The notes beneath the pieces were generated by a model. It was not told the DNA's origin and did no database searches. It worked only from the letters and a program-made list of their open reading frames with translations. The translations under genes and the position numbers were made by a program. Positions 11,546 through 11,977 of a stretch of DNA of 11,977 nt are shown piece by piece. Within the stretch, counting starts at the first letter, position 1. Each line of letters begins with the position of its first letter. The DNA comes from Prasinococcaceae sp. CCMP 1430 (taxonomy: Eukaryota; Plantae; Prasinodermophyta), in the NCBI GenBank assembly GCA_013416795.1, contig RQSC01000005.1, positions 148,116 through 160,092 of the forward strand. The letters run 5' to 3'.

Positions 11546-11977
11546 ACCGCCCCGCCACGCGAGCGCGCCATCACTCCCCTTGCGCACGCCCCCCCGGCCC
11601 GAAATGCGCGGCGCCGCCCGCGCGTTTGGTACGCCTCCACGCAGGGTTTACCACAGCAATAGTACCATTCGATTTGACGTGGATCGTCGCGGCGTGCGGG
11701 GTTGAGGTTTGGGGAGCCGCGGGCGCCTCGCCGGCCACTGACCTTATCCGCCTCGCGCCGATATCGCCTCGCGGGAGGGTACGGAACGCGCGAAATGCGG
11801 CGGTTCTCTCATGCGCTGGATTGTAAATCGATTGGACATATGTGTTAAACCCACGGGAGAGGTGTATTTGCGGGTGGGTGGCGAGCATTTCGGCGGATTT
11901 CGCTCGCGGTGCGCGCGGGCCGGCCGCGGCCCCGCGGCGAGGGGCCGGCGGGCGCCAGACGGCCGCGATTTGCGGTT

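Noticed and set aside
11571-11888. 105-aa minus-strand ORF with a PAS-like snippet (IHVKSNGTIAVVNPAW)
   Set aside because: Only a short resemblance, host-atypical codon usage, and no convincing splice sites to extend it. A profile search would be needed.
11600-11890. Possible snRNA or other ncRNA in the mixed-composition stretch
   Set aside because: I could not recognise U1/U2/U4/U5/U6, tRNA or rRNA hallmarks by eye on either strand. An Infernal/Rfam search was not possible.

Overview
Compact, very GC-rich eukaryotic nuclear DNA from a green alga. The Lhca1-type antenna, PPL1 and plant-type OTC support this; a prasinophyte-grade lineage is inference only. The window holds eight host genes or gene fragments, all reconstructed by hand with GT-AG introns of about 90-250 nt: a GST-like gene (+, 5' partial), a 2OG-Fe(II) oxygenase (-), aspartylglucosaminidase (+), PsbP-like PPL1 (-), a Glo3-type ArfGAP (-), an internal ornithine carbamoyltransferase fragment (+), succinyl-CoA ligase alpha lacking its start (+), and Lhca1-like lacking its 5' exons (-). 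There is also a ~366 bp, ~31% GC organelle/bacterial-type rps2 fragment. The assembly is draft quality, with two long N gaps and three single-N joins. The main anomalies are an N-free, out-of-frame OTC/SUCLG1 junction at ~8862 and the rps2 island sitting where Lhca1's first exon(s) should be. Each single N is followed by a stretch that does not belong there. Chimeric assembly is the leading explanation, but a real rearrangement or NUPT cannot be excluded from sequence alone. I found no convincing novel multi-gene system.
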